The notes under the pieces were generated by a model. It had not been told where the DNA came from. It saw nothing but the letters and a program-made list of their open reading frames with translations, and did not search any database. From an uncultured virus (IMG/VR IMGVR_UViG_3300023184_000091) (Duplodnaviria > Heunggongvirae > Uroviricota > Caudoviricetes), in IMG/VR virus record IMGVR_UViG_3300023184_000091: a stretch of 20,000 nucleotides of DNA; one strand, 5' to 3'. Positions 8,194 through 16,311 of the stretch are shown here, in pieces. The stretch's first letter is position 1. Every line of letters starts with the position of its first letter. Both the position numbers and the translations under genes were made by a program.

Positions 8194-8633
8194 CCAGGGA
8201 ATTGCTCAGTTCCGAAATGAATGTGTTCTCCCCCGAAATCAGCTACACCGTTGGCAATTCTGTCATCGATAAGGAAATCACCTTTGACCAATCCCTTGTG
8301 GTGGCAAAGAATAAGCTTTTTGTTGGCAGATTTACCTAAATGTGTTTCTACCCAAATTCTTTTCTCAGCCCATGCATCTGGATTGCTCCAAGGTGGTGTA
8401 CTTAAAATGTAGGTCTCGTACTTATCCTGCAAAGCGGCCCATGCACTTATTGCACCTTCAATAGGCTCAAGATCTTTGTATGCAGTTGGATGCTTAAAGA
8501 GACTGTGTCCCTTTACCCCCTGTGCTTCTAATTCCTTTGCTCTCTTGTCGAAATCACAGATAACTCCATCCATATCTATTAGAACGATAGGCTTTGTTAT
8601 TTTAATGCTAGCTCTTAACCACGGTTGACTCAT
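8145..8633 (-). CDS. 5'(3')-deoxyribonucleotidase (NT5C-type HAD)
   Basis: LIDMDGVICDF, YILSTPPW, EKRIWV, KGDFLIDDR. Confidence 0.9.
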   Translation of the reverse strand: MSQPWLRASIKITKPIVLIDMDGVICDFDKRAKELEAQGVKGHSLFKHPTAYKDLEPIEGAISAWAALQDKYETYILSTPPWSNPDAWAEKRIWVETHLGKSANKKLILCHHKGLVKGDFLIDDRIANGVADFGGEHIHFGTEQFPGWEEVLTYLGIKCLRV

Positions 8634-8635
8634 AA

Positions 8636-9199
8636 TTATTTTTCAAAAAGGTTAATAAGATATTTGTACATTTTGTAATATTCGTGACCTGGATACTCAA
8701 CTGTAATAGAATCACCACCGATGAAACCCAATGATCTTGTGAACTCTGTATTTTCTTTCTTATACATCTCAAACATACGACTCTTGGTCATCTTTGAGTA
8801 CTGGACGTTGGCAATACGATCACACATCTTTACAAAGACCGCACCGGGGGTGTTTCTGATACCCTCGTAGTATTTGTCGTTGGCACGTTCTTTACGATTC
8901 TTTCCTTTCTCATTCGAAACTGCATAGATGATATCTGCTGCTTGTAGTCCGAGAACTTCTTTTACGTCGTTGTAAGAAACCCGTGTGTCTTCAATGAGAT
9001 CGTGGCCATAAGATGCTAGTATAACATTATCTCTGAATGAAGATTCCCCATCATTTGAGTCAGGTATTAGATGTATAAAGTCTTTAGCTGCCTGTGAAAC
9101 CATTCTCAGATGAAATTCATAATTGAGGTAATCATCGTATTTATGATTCGTGTTCTCGTGCTGATTTATGCACCATTTGATCTTATCTTCAGTCTTCAT
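8636..9199 (-). CDS. Stand-alone RelA/SpoT-type HD hydrolase (Mesh1/small alarmone hydrolase-like)
   Basis: H....KY....Y..H, HDLIEDT, VKMCDRIAN motifs. Confidence 0.8.
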   Translation of the reverse strand: MKTEDKIKWCINQHENTNHKYDDYLNYEFHLRMVSQAAKDFIHLIPDSNDGESSFRDNVILASYGHDLIEDTRVSYNDVKEVLGLQAADIIYAVSNEKGKNRKERANDKYYEGIRNTPGAVFVKMCDRIANVQYSKMTKSRMFEMYKKENTEFTRSLGFIGGDSITVEYPGHEYYKMYKYLINLFEK

Positions 9200-9215
9200 A
9201 CCTTATATTTTTAGA

Positions 9216-9247
9216 CAAAAATAATAAAAAGGTACGGGGTAAAAAAA
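9216..9247 (-). promoter_or_regulatory. Putative early/middle promoter (TTTTTTT.CCCCG-N11-TATTTTTG)
   Basis: Same motif and spacing as the other three copies; intergenic, upstream of the HD gene. Confidence 0.7.
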
Positions 9248-9269
9248 TAAATAATGGGATTTGTTGAAA

Positions 9270-9668
9270 TTATGAGAATTTCATGCGATCTTTAGCACTG
9301 AAATATTTAGGATCAATTTCCTTTTCTAGATCAAATTCTATTCTTTGGACATTACCGTTCGGTGAAAATTGCCAATCTATTTTAGTTCCGAATTCTTCAG
9401 AAAGAATTTCTGCAATGTCGTCTATGTAGTAGGATATTCTTGGAGGTATTCTTCCATCAAAAGACTTTGGCCAATATTCAATAACAAATTTTTGGGTGTC
9501 ATCAACATCTACGAAATCTACGTCCATTAATCTGGAGTTGAAATGAGATATAATATCCTTCTTAGAAAGCTCAACCATTCTGGCTAGAAGTTCTATCCCT
9601 TCTTCATCCTCTTGCTTAGCCTTATCCGATGGCAAGTTCCAGAGTTCATATAGTTTAATGTTCTTCAT
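9270..9668 (-). CDS. Hypothetical protein, candidate internal virion protein
   Basis: N-terminus MKNIKLYE nearly identical to that of 11401..12072; ATG overlaps the upstream stop (TAATG). Confidence 0.7.
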   Translation of the reverse strand: MKNIKLYELWNLPSDKAKQEDEEGIELLARMVELSKKDIISHFNSRLMDVDFVDVDDTQKFVIEYWPKSFDGRIPPRISYYIDDIAEILSEEFGTKIDWQFSPNGNVQRIEFDLEKEIDPKYFSAKDRMKFS

Positions 9669-10459
9669 TAGATGCCCTTTAATATTCTAGCTGATCTAAG
9701 GTATGCTTTGATAACCTTAAGAATATCAGTTTCTTCCATTTTCTCTAATCCTTTTATGATAGAATCTAAAGTATCTCTATCCTCTATATCTGAAATAGTA
9801 TTTAAAATTGTTTTATCTGATGCGTAGATTTCTGCTATAATAGATCCAAGATCTTCACTGATCGATTCAGGTACTTCGCCTTTATAGAAGAAAGAATCTA
9901 CTGCATTTTTATAGCTTTCTAGTACTTTCTTTTTCAGAATTGGCTTTAGTGAATCAGGTAGATTCTTTTTACCGACTTGAACCATTACCCGAACTTTCTT
10001 GATTTCGTCTATGATTTCTTCAAGGACTTTGTTTACTATTGTAACCACCTGATCTTTATTATCAGCGTTAAAATCTATATGAAATTCTCTGAACTTAGCT
10101 TTATGAGATGATGACTCAGATCCTAATATGTCTAGTAGATATTTTCCGCTGTCCATCTTTTTATCCCTAACAAACGTTATCCTCATCTTAGATGTTTCAA
10201 AATAATGAGGTATGAATTCTATCTCAGATTTTTCTAAAGCATCGAAGTATTCTTTAAGCGATCCTGCTAATATGTCGATAGCAAATTTGTGTGAGTATAC
10301 ATGTTGGAAAAATCCGGTGCTAAGACCTTCTTTTTTAAGATTCCCCGCAATTTTGCAGTTCTTTAAAATATACTCAAAATCATCCTGGGTTATTTTATAT
10401 TCCTCAGGTGACTCAGATTCTAATAGCCAATTTTTATATTTCAGTAGGGGATTCTGCAT
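9668..10459 (-). CDS. Hypothetical protein, candidate internal virion protein
   Basis: 263-aa ORF; N-terminus LLKYKNWLLES; preceded by GATATATAG-N3-ATG. Confidence 0.75.
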   Translation of the reverse strand: MQNPLLKYKNWLLESESPEEYKITQDDFEYILKNCKIAGNLKKEGLSTGFFQHVYSHKFAIDILAGSLKEYFDALEKSEIEFIPHYFETSKMRITFVRDKKMDSGKYLLDILGSESSSHKAKFREFHIDFNADNKDQVVTIVNKVLEEIIDEIKKVRVMVQVGKKNLPDSLKPILKKKVLESYKNAVDSFFYKGEVPESISEDLGSIIAEIYASDKTILNTISDIEDRDTLDSIIKGLEKMEETDILKVIKAYLRSARILKGI

Positions 10460-10937
10460 TCACTATATATCCCTCAGCAGGCTCTTCTTGCTGGCTGATC
10501 TGAACATCAACAACCTCTGAAGATCTCTCAATCTTCTCAGGTTTGTGCGGTTTCTCCTTAAATGGTGAGATTTTCTTGTAAATGCACTCTATTTCATCAA
10601 AAGATAGATTACTTTTCTTTCCGTTAATGTCAACCGTACAGGCAACCACATTGCCTTCTATGTAACCTTTAGCCGAATCAACTCTATCAAAGCTCCTGGA
10701 GAAGTTGCCCTCTTCCTCGAATTTCTTATTAGTGTAGTAGCATGTTTGGTAGCTTAGCAGCTTTTTAACAGATTCGAATGATAAATTGAATTCTAGCTTT
10801 CTGTCTGCTGCACTCTGGTATATTTTTAACATCTTTTTTGCAACCTCTAGATCATTGATCTCTGTAGATTCTTGTAAAAAGACTGGTCTTGGTTTTGTGT
10901 GGTTTATTTTCTTTGGTTTAGGATTTGTTTTTTCCAT
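10434..10937 (-). CDS. T4 Srd-like protein (degenerate HNH-like fold)
   Basis: SAADRKLEFNLSF..LL..QTCYYT..F...SFDRVDSAKGYIEGNVVA....N..K resembles the Srd N-terminal domain as recalled. Confidence 0.65.
   Translation of the reverse strand: MEKTNPKPKKINHTKPRPVFLQESTEINDLEVAKKMLKIYQSAADRKLEFNLSFESVKKLLSYQTCYYTNKKFEEEGNFSRSFDRVDSAKGYIEGNVVACTVDINGKKSNLSFDEIECIYKKISPFKEKPHKPEKIERSSEVVDVQISQQEEPAEGYIVNAESPTEI
10463..10471 (-). promoter_or_regulatory. Putative late promoter GATATATAG
   Basis: Exact 9-mer 3 nt before ATG 10459, embedded in the upstream CDS. Confidence 0.7.
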
Positions 10938-10943
10938 ATATAA
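10935..10943 (+). promoter_or_regulatory. Putative late promoter variant CATATATAA
   Basis: ATATATA core at the same distance from ATG 10947 as in the three GATATATAG sites. Confidence 0.5.
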
Positions 10944-10946
10944 TGT

Positions 10947-11450
10947 ATGCGTTACTTAATTATTTTAATTCTATTTATCCCATTAACCTCTTTAGCCCAA
11001 ATAAAAATTGACAAGGCTGAAGATTCATGGGGTCTTAAAGTAGATTCAGCTTTAAATAAGATAAAACTGATCGACTCTGTTTATTATAGTCATATTCTCC
11101 GAGTTTGTGACACAATTTCATTCTGGGATGTAAATTTTTCTAGCTGCTATGGTGGATACAAAAGAAAAGGAACTATAACCATTTCATCTAAAGACATGTT
11201 ATCTAATGACATAGATGACATTTGTGCAGTTCTAGTTCATGAATCTCTTCATCTAAAAATATTGATGAATGGGGTAGAAATGGACGGCAATAGTGAGGAA
11301 TCTTTATGTTATTCTTATGAGAAATCTTTTCTATTAAAGGTACCCGGTGTTAATTCATACCTAATAAAGCATGCAGATGACATGATTTTTATGATGAGAG
11401 CTAAAGGAAATCTATGTCCCAAATCTCCTCAAGTTCATATCCCGCATTAA
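10947..11450 (+). CDS. Exported putative zinc metallopeptidase (HEXXH)
   Basis: Signal peptide MRYLIILILFIPLTSLA-Q; VLVHESLH with downstream EESLCY. Confidence 0.7.
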   Translation: MRYLIILILFIPLTSLAQIKIDKAEDSWGLKVDSALNKIKLIDSVYYSHILRVCDTISFWDVNFSSCYGGYKRKGTITISSKDMLSNDIDDICAVLVHESLHLKILMNGVEMDGNSEESLCYSYEKSFLLKVPGVNSYLIKHADDMIFMMRAKGNLCPKSPQVHIPH

Positions 11451-12072
11451 AGCTTCCGCTAGCACCAACTGAAATAATGTAGTTTTTCCCGTCTGAAGTC
11501 TCATAGCTTTCAAAAGCTAATGTGGTCATCCCATCTTCTCGATATGTGTCTGAATGTTCGAATTTTCCAGTAACTAGATGCTCGCCATTCCAGAATAGCA
11601 TATCTATGAGATTCTCGTTAAAGTCTTTAGTTGAAATTTCCTCCATCGATTTACCAATAATTTTATAGGTTAATGATGCCGGAGTTATGTTAATGCATGC
11701 TTTGGAATTTACCCCTTTATATTCGCAATCAACCAAAATGGTTACCCCATATTCCATTTTTTCAAATGGATCAGAATAATCTATCCTGCTAGCCAAAAGC
11801 ATAGCCTTTAGATTTTTCTCGTCTAATTTTGGGAATGTATCTATTTTATAATTATTGTCCGTCAGTAGTTTTATAAGTGCAACAACTTTATCTGCTGAAT
11901 ATTTACCGTTGTTAAATTTTACGTAAGCAGAGGCTCTGTACTTTCTAGATTTTTTTAGGAAATCAGCTGTTAGATCTAAGTAATCACATAACTCACTAAT
12001 CTCGTTAGCTAGATCAGACTCCTTGGGAATTACCCCGCCAGCGAATTCTTCATACAGTCTAATGTTTTTCAT
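11401..12072 (-). CDS. Hypothetical protein, candidate internal virion protein
   Basis: N-terminus MKNIRLYEEF; preceded by GATATATAG-N3-ATG. Confidence 0.75.
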   Translation of the reverse strand: MKNIRLYEEFAGGVIPKESDLANEISELCDYLDLTADFLKKSRKYRASAYVKFNNGKYSADKVVALIKLLTDNNYKIDTFPKLDEKNLKAMLLASRIDYSDPFEKMEYGVTILVDCEYKGVNSKACINITPASLTYKIIGKSMEEISTKDFNENLIDMLFWNGEHLVTGKFEHSDTYREDGMTTLAFESYETSDGKNYIISVGASGSFNAGYELEEIWDIDFL

Positions 12073-12075
12073 GAA

Positions 12076-12084
12076 CTATATATC
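12076..12084 (-). promoter_or_regulatory. Putative late promoter GATATATAG
   Basis: Exact 9-mer 3 nt before ATG 12072; also encodes the last codons and stop of galE. Confidence 0.7.
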
Positions 12085-13107
12085 CATTCCACGAACCCTT
12101 TGCTCCCATTCCCATGCACTCTTTAGAATGTCAAAAGTGGTTAGCTTAGATTTCCAGCCTAATATTTCATTGGCCTTTGTGGTATCACACCAAACTTCTG
12201 CGGTGTCACCCGGTCTTCTGTCTGCTTTTTCGCATACAATCACATCAGGTTCTACTCTATCTGCGAAAGTTTCTATCATCTCATAAACTGATGTACCTTT
12301 GCCTGTTCCTATGTTAAACACATCGAATGTATGTAGTTCCTGTTTGCCAAGCCATTCTAAAGAAGCTAAATGAGCCTGAGCTAGATCAGTTACGTGAATG
12401 TAGTCTCTGATAGCAGATCCGTCAGGTGTAGGAAAATCTGTTCCTGTTACCTTGATTGGTTGTTCGTAGTAACCAGCTGCTGCTTGAGTGATAATCGGAA
12501 CTAAATTTCCTGGTTTACCTATTGGCATTTCACCGATCCATCCTGAAGCATCTGCTCCGGCTGGATTAAAGTATCTGAGTGCTACTGATTTTAATTTTTT
12601 GATTGCTGTGCAATCTTCCAATATCCATTCTCCAACAACTTTGGAAGATCCATAAGGAGTTGTACCTTTTGATATTGAATGGGATTCATTTATTGGTAGA
12701 TGTTGTGGTTGTCCATAGACAGTACACGAGCTAGAGAATATAAAGTTCTTAATATCTAGAATCTCGCATAGTCTAATCGATGTGAGTAAAGAATCTATAT
12801 TATTTCTATAATACGTCAAAGGATTTCCAACAGAATCGGGAGAAGATTTAAGTGCAGCAAAATGGATTAACGCATCAGCTTTTCTTGAGTGCTCGCCTAT
12901 CCTATCATAAATATCCAGTGGGTTATCAAGAAGTGATAGCTGGTAGAATGTCACCGGCTTACCTGCAGCTTTTTCTATTCTTTCTATTGACTCATATGAT
13001 GAGTTGATCAAAGAATCGATTATAATTACTTCATGTCCTGCTCTAATAGCTTCGACTGCTGTATGGGAACCAATATACCCTGCTCCTCCTGTGATTATTA
13101 TTTTCAT
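12076..13107 (-). CDS. galE: UDP-glucose 4-epimerase
   Basis: TGGAGYIGSH, IHFAALK, FSSSCTVYG, YGSSK, LRYFNPAGA, RDYIHVTDLA, RRPGD. Confidence 0.95.
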   Translation of the reverse strand: MKIIITGGAGYIGSHTAVEAIRAGHEVIIIDSLINSSYESIERIEKAAGKPVTFYQLSLLDNPLDIYDRIGEHSRKADALIHFAALKSSPDSVGNPLTYYRNNIDSLLTSIRLCEILDIKNFIFSSSCTVYGQPQHLPINESHSISKGTTPYGSSKVVGEWILEDCTAIKKLKSVALRYFNPAGADASGWIGEMPIGKPGNLVPIITQAAAGYYEQPIKVTGTDFPTPDGSAIRDYIHVTDLAQAHLASLEWLGKQELHTFDVFNIGTGKGTSVYEMIETFADRVEPDVIVCEKADRRPGDTAEVWCDTTKANEILGWKSKLTTFDILKSAWEWEQRVRGMDI

Positions 13108-13658
13108 AGACTGCTTTCTAATTCTTCTAGTGTTGTCAATATCTTTCCTGCTGCTATTCTAGCCCATTCATCAGGTAAAGATCTTGAATGCTTTTTATGT
13201 TCGGTTTTTATCCTGTCCTCAATCATTAACATGATTCTTTCTCTTTTGCTTGGCTTGATTGGTCCTTTAAGTTTATCAACCCTTAATACTGAACCTTGTC
13301 CATGCATTACCTGGATAACATATGACCCTATGTAATATGCTGCTCCAGTAAAGCCATTTAGATATTCTTCGTCGTCGCATTCTTTACAATTTTCCTTCGC
13401 ATATTCAAAAGCTAACCATAGGAGGGTTTCTCTTGGCTCGTATCCTTTCTTGTATTCCCTGTCACGATACTTGTCAGATTCGTACCAGGCGCAAAGTTTT
13501 TCGATTGCTGCATCAATGTCAGTCTCTGCCCACTTATTGAATCTTTCAACCCAACGCATCTGATGGTCACGCTCACGGTTCATTCTTTCCGCAAATCTAT
13601 CTAGTGATTTCTGACCCTCTTCGCTTTCGAACCAATCCTTCATCTTATCTAGCTTCAT
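13104..13658 (-). CDS. Hypothetical protein
   Basis: 184-aa ORF with ATGA overlap onto galE. Confidence 0.75.
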   Translation of the reverse strand: MKLDKMKDWFESEEGQKSLDRFAERMNRERDHQMRWVERFNKWAETDIDAAIEKLCAWYESDKYRDREYKKGYEPRETLLWLAFEYAKENCKECDDEEYLNGFTGAAYYIGSYVIQVMHGQGSVLRVDKLKGPIKPSKRERIMLMIEDRIKTEHKKHSRSLPDEWARIAAGKILTTLEELESSL

Positions 13659-13659
13659 A

Positions 13660-13791
13660 TTATTCCTCCTTCTTCACTAGGTGTTTTGCACACTTGTACC
13701 CTATCCACATTCCGACTGAAATACCTAAACATAAACCTCCGAAGAATAATCTCATCTCCATTGGTGTAAAAACATCATTAATTGTTCCCAT
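13660..13791 (-). CDS. Small membrane protein (43 aa; not in the supplied ORF track)
   Basis: Hand translation MGTINDVFTPMEMRLFFGGLCLGISVGMWIGYKCAKHLVKKEE*; fills the gap with 1-nt spacers on both sides; one Gly-rich hydrophobic helix. Confidence 0.7.
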   Translation of the reverse strand: MGTINDVFTPMEMRLFFGGLCLGISVGMWIGYKCAKHLVKKEE

Positions 13792-13792
13792 G

Positions 13793-14935
13793 TTACTTCT
13801 CTTTTAATAAAAACGTATTTGATATAGCTTTAAAAGAAACGCTTTTGTCTTTGTTTCTAATAACTATACCCTCTCTATCTGTTTCCCCGTTTAATCTTGA
13901 TTTGTCATCTGCGTACATGATGATCTCATCAATCGTTGAAGGTAATTTGTAATCGTAATTGATAACTGGTACAAGCTCTAGCGGTTTGTCGTCCACGTTG
14001 ATCTTGTGTAGAAAATGTACCATATCATCAAGTCCAAGGTATTCCTGAGTGTCTATATTAAACACATTAAATATTCTAACTGTGTGTCCTTTGATCTTGT
14101 AAGGATTTCCTTGAACACCTTCGCCGATAAGCTCTCCCTGAATTGCATAGTTCTCTTCTAGAGTTCCTAACTTTTCCTCTATGAATAATTCACGGGCAAC
14201 TTTCCAGAATGTGTTTTCTTTTCTGGCTCTTTCGACACCATCATCACAAAGAACTGATCCTGGTTCAAATACTCCAGGATCTGCTAACTCTAGATTTCTC
14301 GAGCACACTCCAAATACTCCATCTCTAAAGTAATATGTTGCAGAACTTCCATCAAGCTTTTCCGTGACATAATAGTGCTTATCCTTCATGCTCTCGTATT
14401 CAGAAGTCATGTTCTGGATTCTTTCCTCGTCTGTTTTTCTGATGAATCCGGGAAATCCACCTTTAACTTTTCCTGATAGTTCTGCTGGGATTGGTGGTTC
14501 GTATTTTAGTACACACATATAAGCTGTAACATCAGCTCCTTCTTCGATAACTATTGCATCATCATAAGGTCCAAGCTGAAGCTGATCACCCCAAGGTTGT
14601 TTACTGATTCCGATTTTCATTTCATCATCCTTTTCGAGAACGCTTAGGGGTAAACAAAGTCCCTGAGAAACCTGTCCTCTCAATTTTATTGTCTTCAATC
14701 TGAATCCCTCTAAGTCGCCCATCTTTTTGTAAGATGATTTTCTTAGAAATTCAAAATCTTTTTCCATTGGTAAGAATGAATCAATCTCGAAGTAAACACA
14801 AAGATCTCCTTCTTTAAATTCACCTTTCTTAGTAACAACTCTCCAAGAGTTAATTGTCACCATTTCTATTGCGTCTGCTCCCATGATTGGCAGTACTGCT
14901 CCTATCCTTTGTATGGATGCTAATTTTCTTTCCAT
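13793..14935 (-). CDS. ATP-dependent RNA ligase, DRB0094 family
   Basis: N-terminal OB-like RKLASIQRI..ADAIE..VYFEIDSFLP..KLRGQVSQG; KTDEERIQN; motif I TEKLDGSS; QGELIG; REGIV; SFKAISN. Confidence 0.92.
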   Translation of the reverse strand: MERKLASIQRIGAVLPIMGADAIEMVTINSWRVVTKKGEFKEGDLCVYFEIDSFLPMEKDFEFLRKSSYKKMGDLEGFRLKTIKLRGQVSQGLCLPLSVLEKDDEMKIGISKQPWGDQLQLGPYDDAIVIEEGADVTAYMCVLKYEPPIPAELSGKVKGGFPGFIRKTDEERIQNMTSEYESMKDKHYYVTEKLDGSSATYYFRDGVFGVCSRNLELADPGVFEPGSVLCDDGVERARKENTFWKVARELFIEEKLGTLEENYAIQGELIGEGVQGNPYKIKGHTVRIFNVFNIDTQEYLGLDDMVHFLHKINVDDKPLELVPVINYDYKLPSTIDEIIMYADDKSRLNGETDREGIVIRNKDKSVSFKAISNTFLLKEK

Positions 14936-14937
14936 TT

Positions 14938-15555
14938 TTATTCTATCGATTTTAATAATACATCTACCCACTCGTTTGATGAGTTACATCTTTCAATTTC
15001 TTCATTAAAACTTTTCTGACTACTTTCAAGATCGTACTCATAAGATTCCATGAGATCCTTTTTAACTACATCTAAGTCGATCGGGGATTCTAATTTTTTG
15101 TAACATTCATTAAGCTGTTCTTCATAGTAGCTAATATCACCATCATGTTTTATAGTTTCTTTAAGCTGCTGGATCATAAAGTCCTTGAATGCAGTGTGTC
15201 CTTCTGTTGGCGGATTCCACTCTTCTGTTTCTGCAAGTAATTTATCCAATATCTGTCTAGCCTCCTTAACATCGCTAAGATTCTTTAGATAGTATTTGAT
15301 ATCATCCTTTATCTTAGTGTGCTTAATGTTAATGAAGTGCTCGTCTGACAGCGTCTCGAATTCCTCTATGTTTTTCTTTGCTTCACCTAGTCTTTTGAGG
15401 TAATAGTCGTCAGGAACCCTGCGCTTATATTCATTGCCCATGGGTTCATCCCTCATGTGAATGGTTGCTCCGAAAGCTCTCATGCAGTTCTTTGCAAAAT
15501 CGTTAAATGTCTTAATTGTCCCGTCGAGCACTCCTGCTGTGTATCCTGTTGGCAT
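14938..15555 (-). CDS. Hypothetical helical phage protein (MPTGYT start)
   Basis: 205-aa ORF; CMRAFGATIHMRD and WNPPTEGH..FKDFMIQQL motifs; coiled-coil character. Confidence 0.75.
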   Translation of the reverse strand: MPTGYTAGVLDGTIKTFNDFAKNCMRAFGATIHMRDEPMGNEYKRRVPDDYYLKRLGEAKKNIEEFETLSDEHFINIKHTKIKDDIKYYLKNLSDVKEARQILDKLLAETEEWNPPTEGHTAFKDFMIQQLKETIKHDGDISYYEEQLNECYKKLESPIDLDVVKKDLMESYEYDLESSQKSFNEEIERCNSSNEWVDVLLKSIE

Positions 15556-15561
15556 ATTTTT

Positions 15562-15771
15562 TTATTTATTGTACCATGAAACGTGTGTGGCGTCAAGTTG
15601 AGGATCAGAGAATACCATATCCTCAGATTCCATACCGTCTTTCACCCAGTATCCGTGGCCATCCCACTTTGTTAATTCTTTTCCTTCAACTGCAAGATTG
15701 AAATTTTCAACTGTCAGTACTTCTGATGCTCTCCTAGGAGAGTTGCTGTAAATTCTTAGAGCCGTTTCCAT
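15562..15771 (-). CDS. Hypothetical protein
   Basis: 69-aa ORF; WDGHGYW and ATHVSWYNK. Confidence 0.7.
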   Translation of the reverse strand: METALRIYSNSPRRASEVLTVENFNLAVEGKELTKWDGHGYWVKDGMESEDMVFSDPQLDATHVSWYNK

Positions 15772-15773
15772 TT

Positions 15774-16229
15774 TTATTGTTCTTCGTATATCTTATTGAT
15801 TGTTTTAGAAATTATTTCATTATAAGGTAACCATTCCAATATCATTTTTTCCTTTTCGTAAGATTTAGGTAATGTGCATCCAAGATCCTCTTTAGGTACA
15901 AGTGCTCTACATTGGGCAGGTCTAGATTCAAAAGTTTTTGTGCATCCTGATTCTTCAAGAAAAACACACTCACCTCCCCAAGACCCATCTACTATTTTAC
16001 CAACGGATTTCTTAGTCTGTGGTCTAAGATAGAAGAACTGAATGTCTTCATGTTCAGGTTTACGAGTCATATTCCCTTCCCAGTAGTCAAACTGGTAACC
16101 CTCTTTAAAAAGATCGGTTAGAGATTCCAGTGTTATCCCCTTTAGATCTTTAGGTGAAACTATGCCTGGCATCCTTTTGCAGCATTGACCGCATTTTGAG
16201 CAGAGCGATTTATTCTCGTTATTTTCCAT
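15774..16229 (-). CDS. YkgJ-family Cys-cluster (CxxCxxCC) Zn/Fe-binding protein
   Basis: CSKCGQCC, CVFLEESGC, RPAQCR; start set at ATG 16229, downstream of the promoter motif. Confidence 0.85.
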   Translation of the reverse strand: MENNENKSLCSKCGQCCKRMPGIVSPKDLKGITLESLTDLFKEGYQFDYWEGNMTRKPEHEDIQFFYLRPQTKKSVGKIVDGSWGGECVFLEESGCTKTFESRPAQCRALVPKEDLGCTLPKSYEKEKMILEWLPYNEIISKTINKIYEEQ

Positions 16230-16258
16230 TAAACTTGGCAATTTTTTATTTATTTTCT

Positions 16259-16290
16259 CAAATATATGGTACATAATCGGGATAAAAAAA
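16259..16290 (-). promoter_or_regulatory. Putative early/middle promoter (TTTTTTT..CCCG-N11-TATATTTG)
   Basis: Fourth copy of the motif with identical spacing. Confidence 0.7.
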
Positions 16291-16311
16291 TTTTATTGGT
16301 TATTTTTCCAT

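Noticed and set aside
10434..10937. Active HNH homing endonuclease or intron
   Set aside because: Zn-binding CxxC pairs and the catalytic His are degenerate, and no interrupted gene flanks it
2319..16274. Longer track starts at 2345, 7906, 14971 and 16274
   Set aside because: Extensions run through the promoter motif or the upstream gene; family motifs begin at the downstream ATGs (2318, 7879, 14935, 16229)
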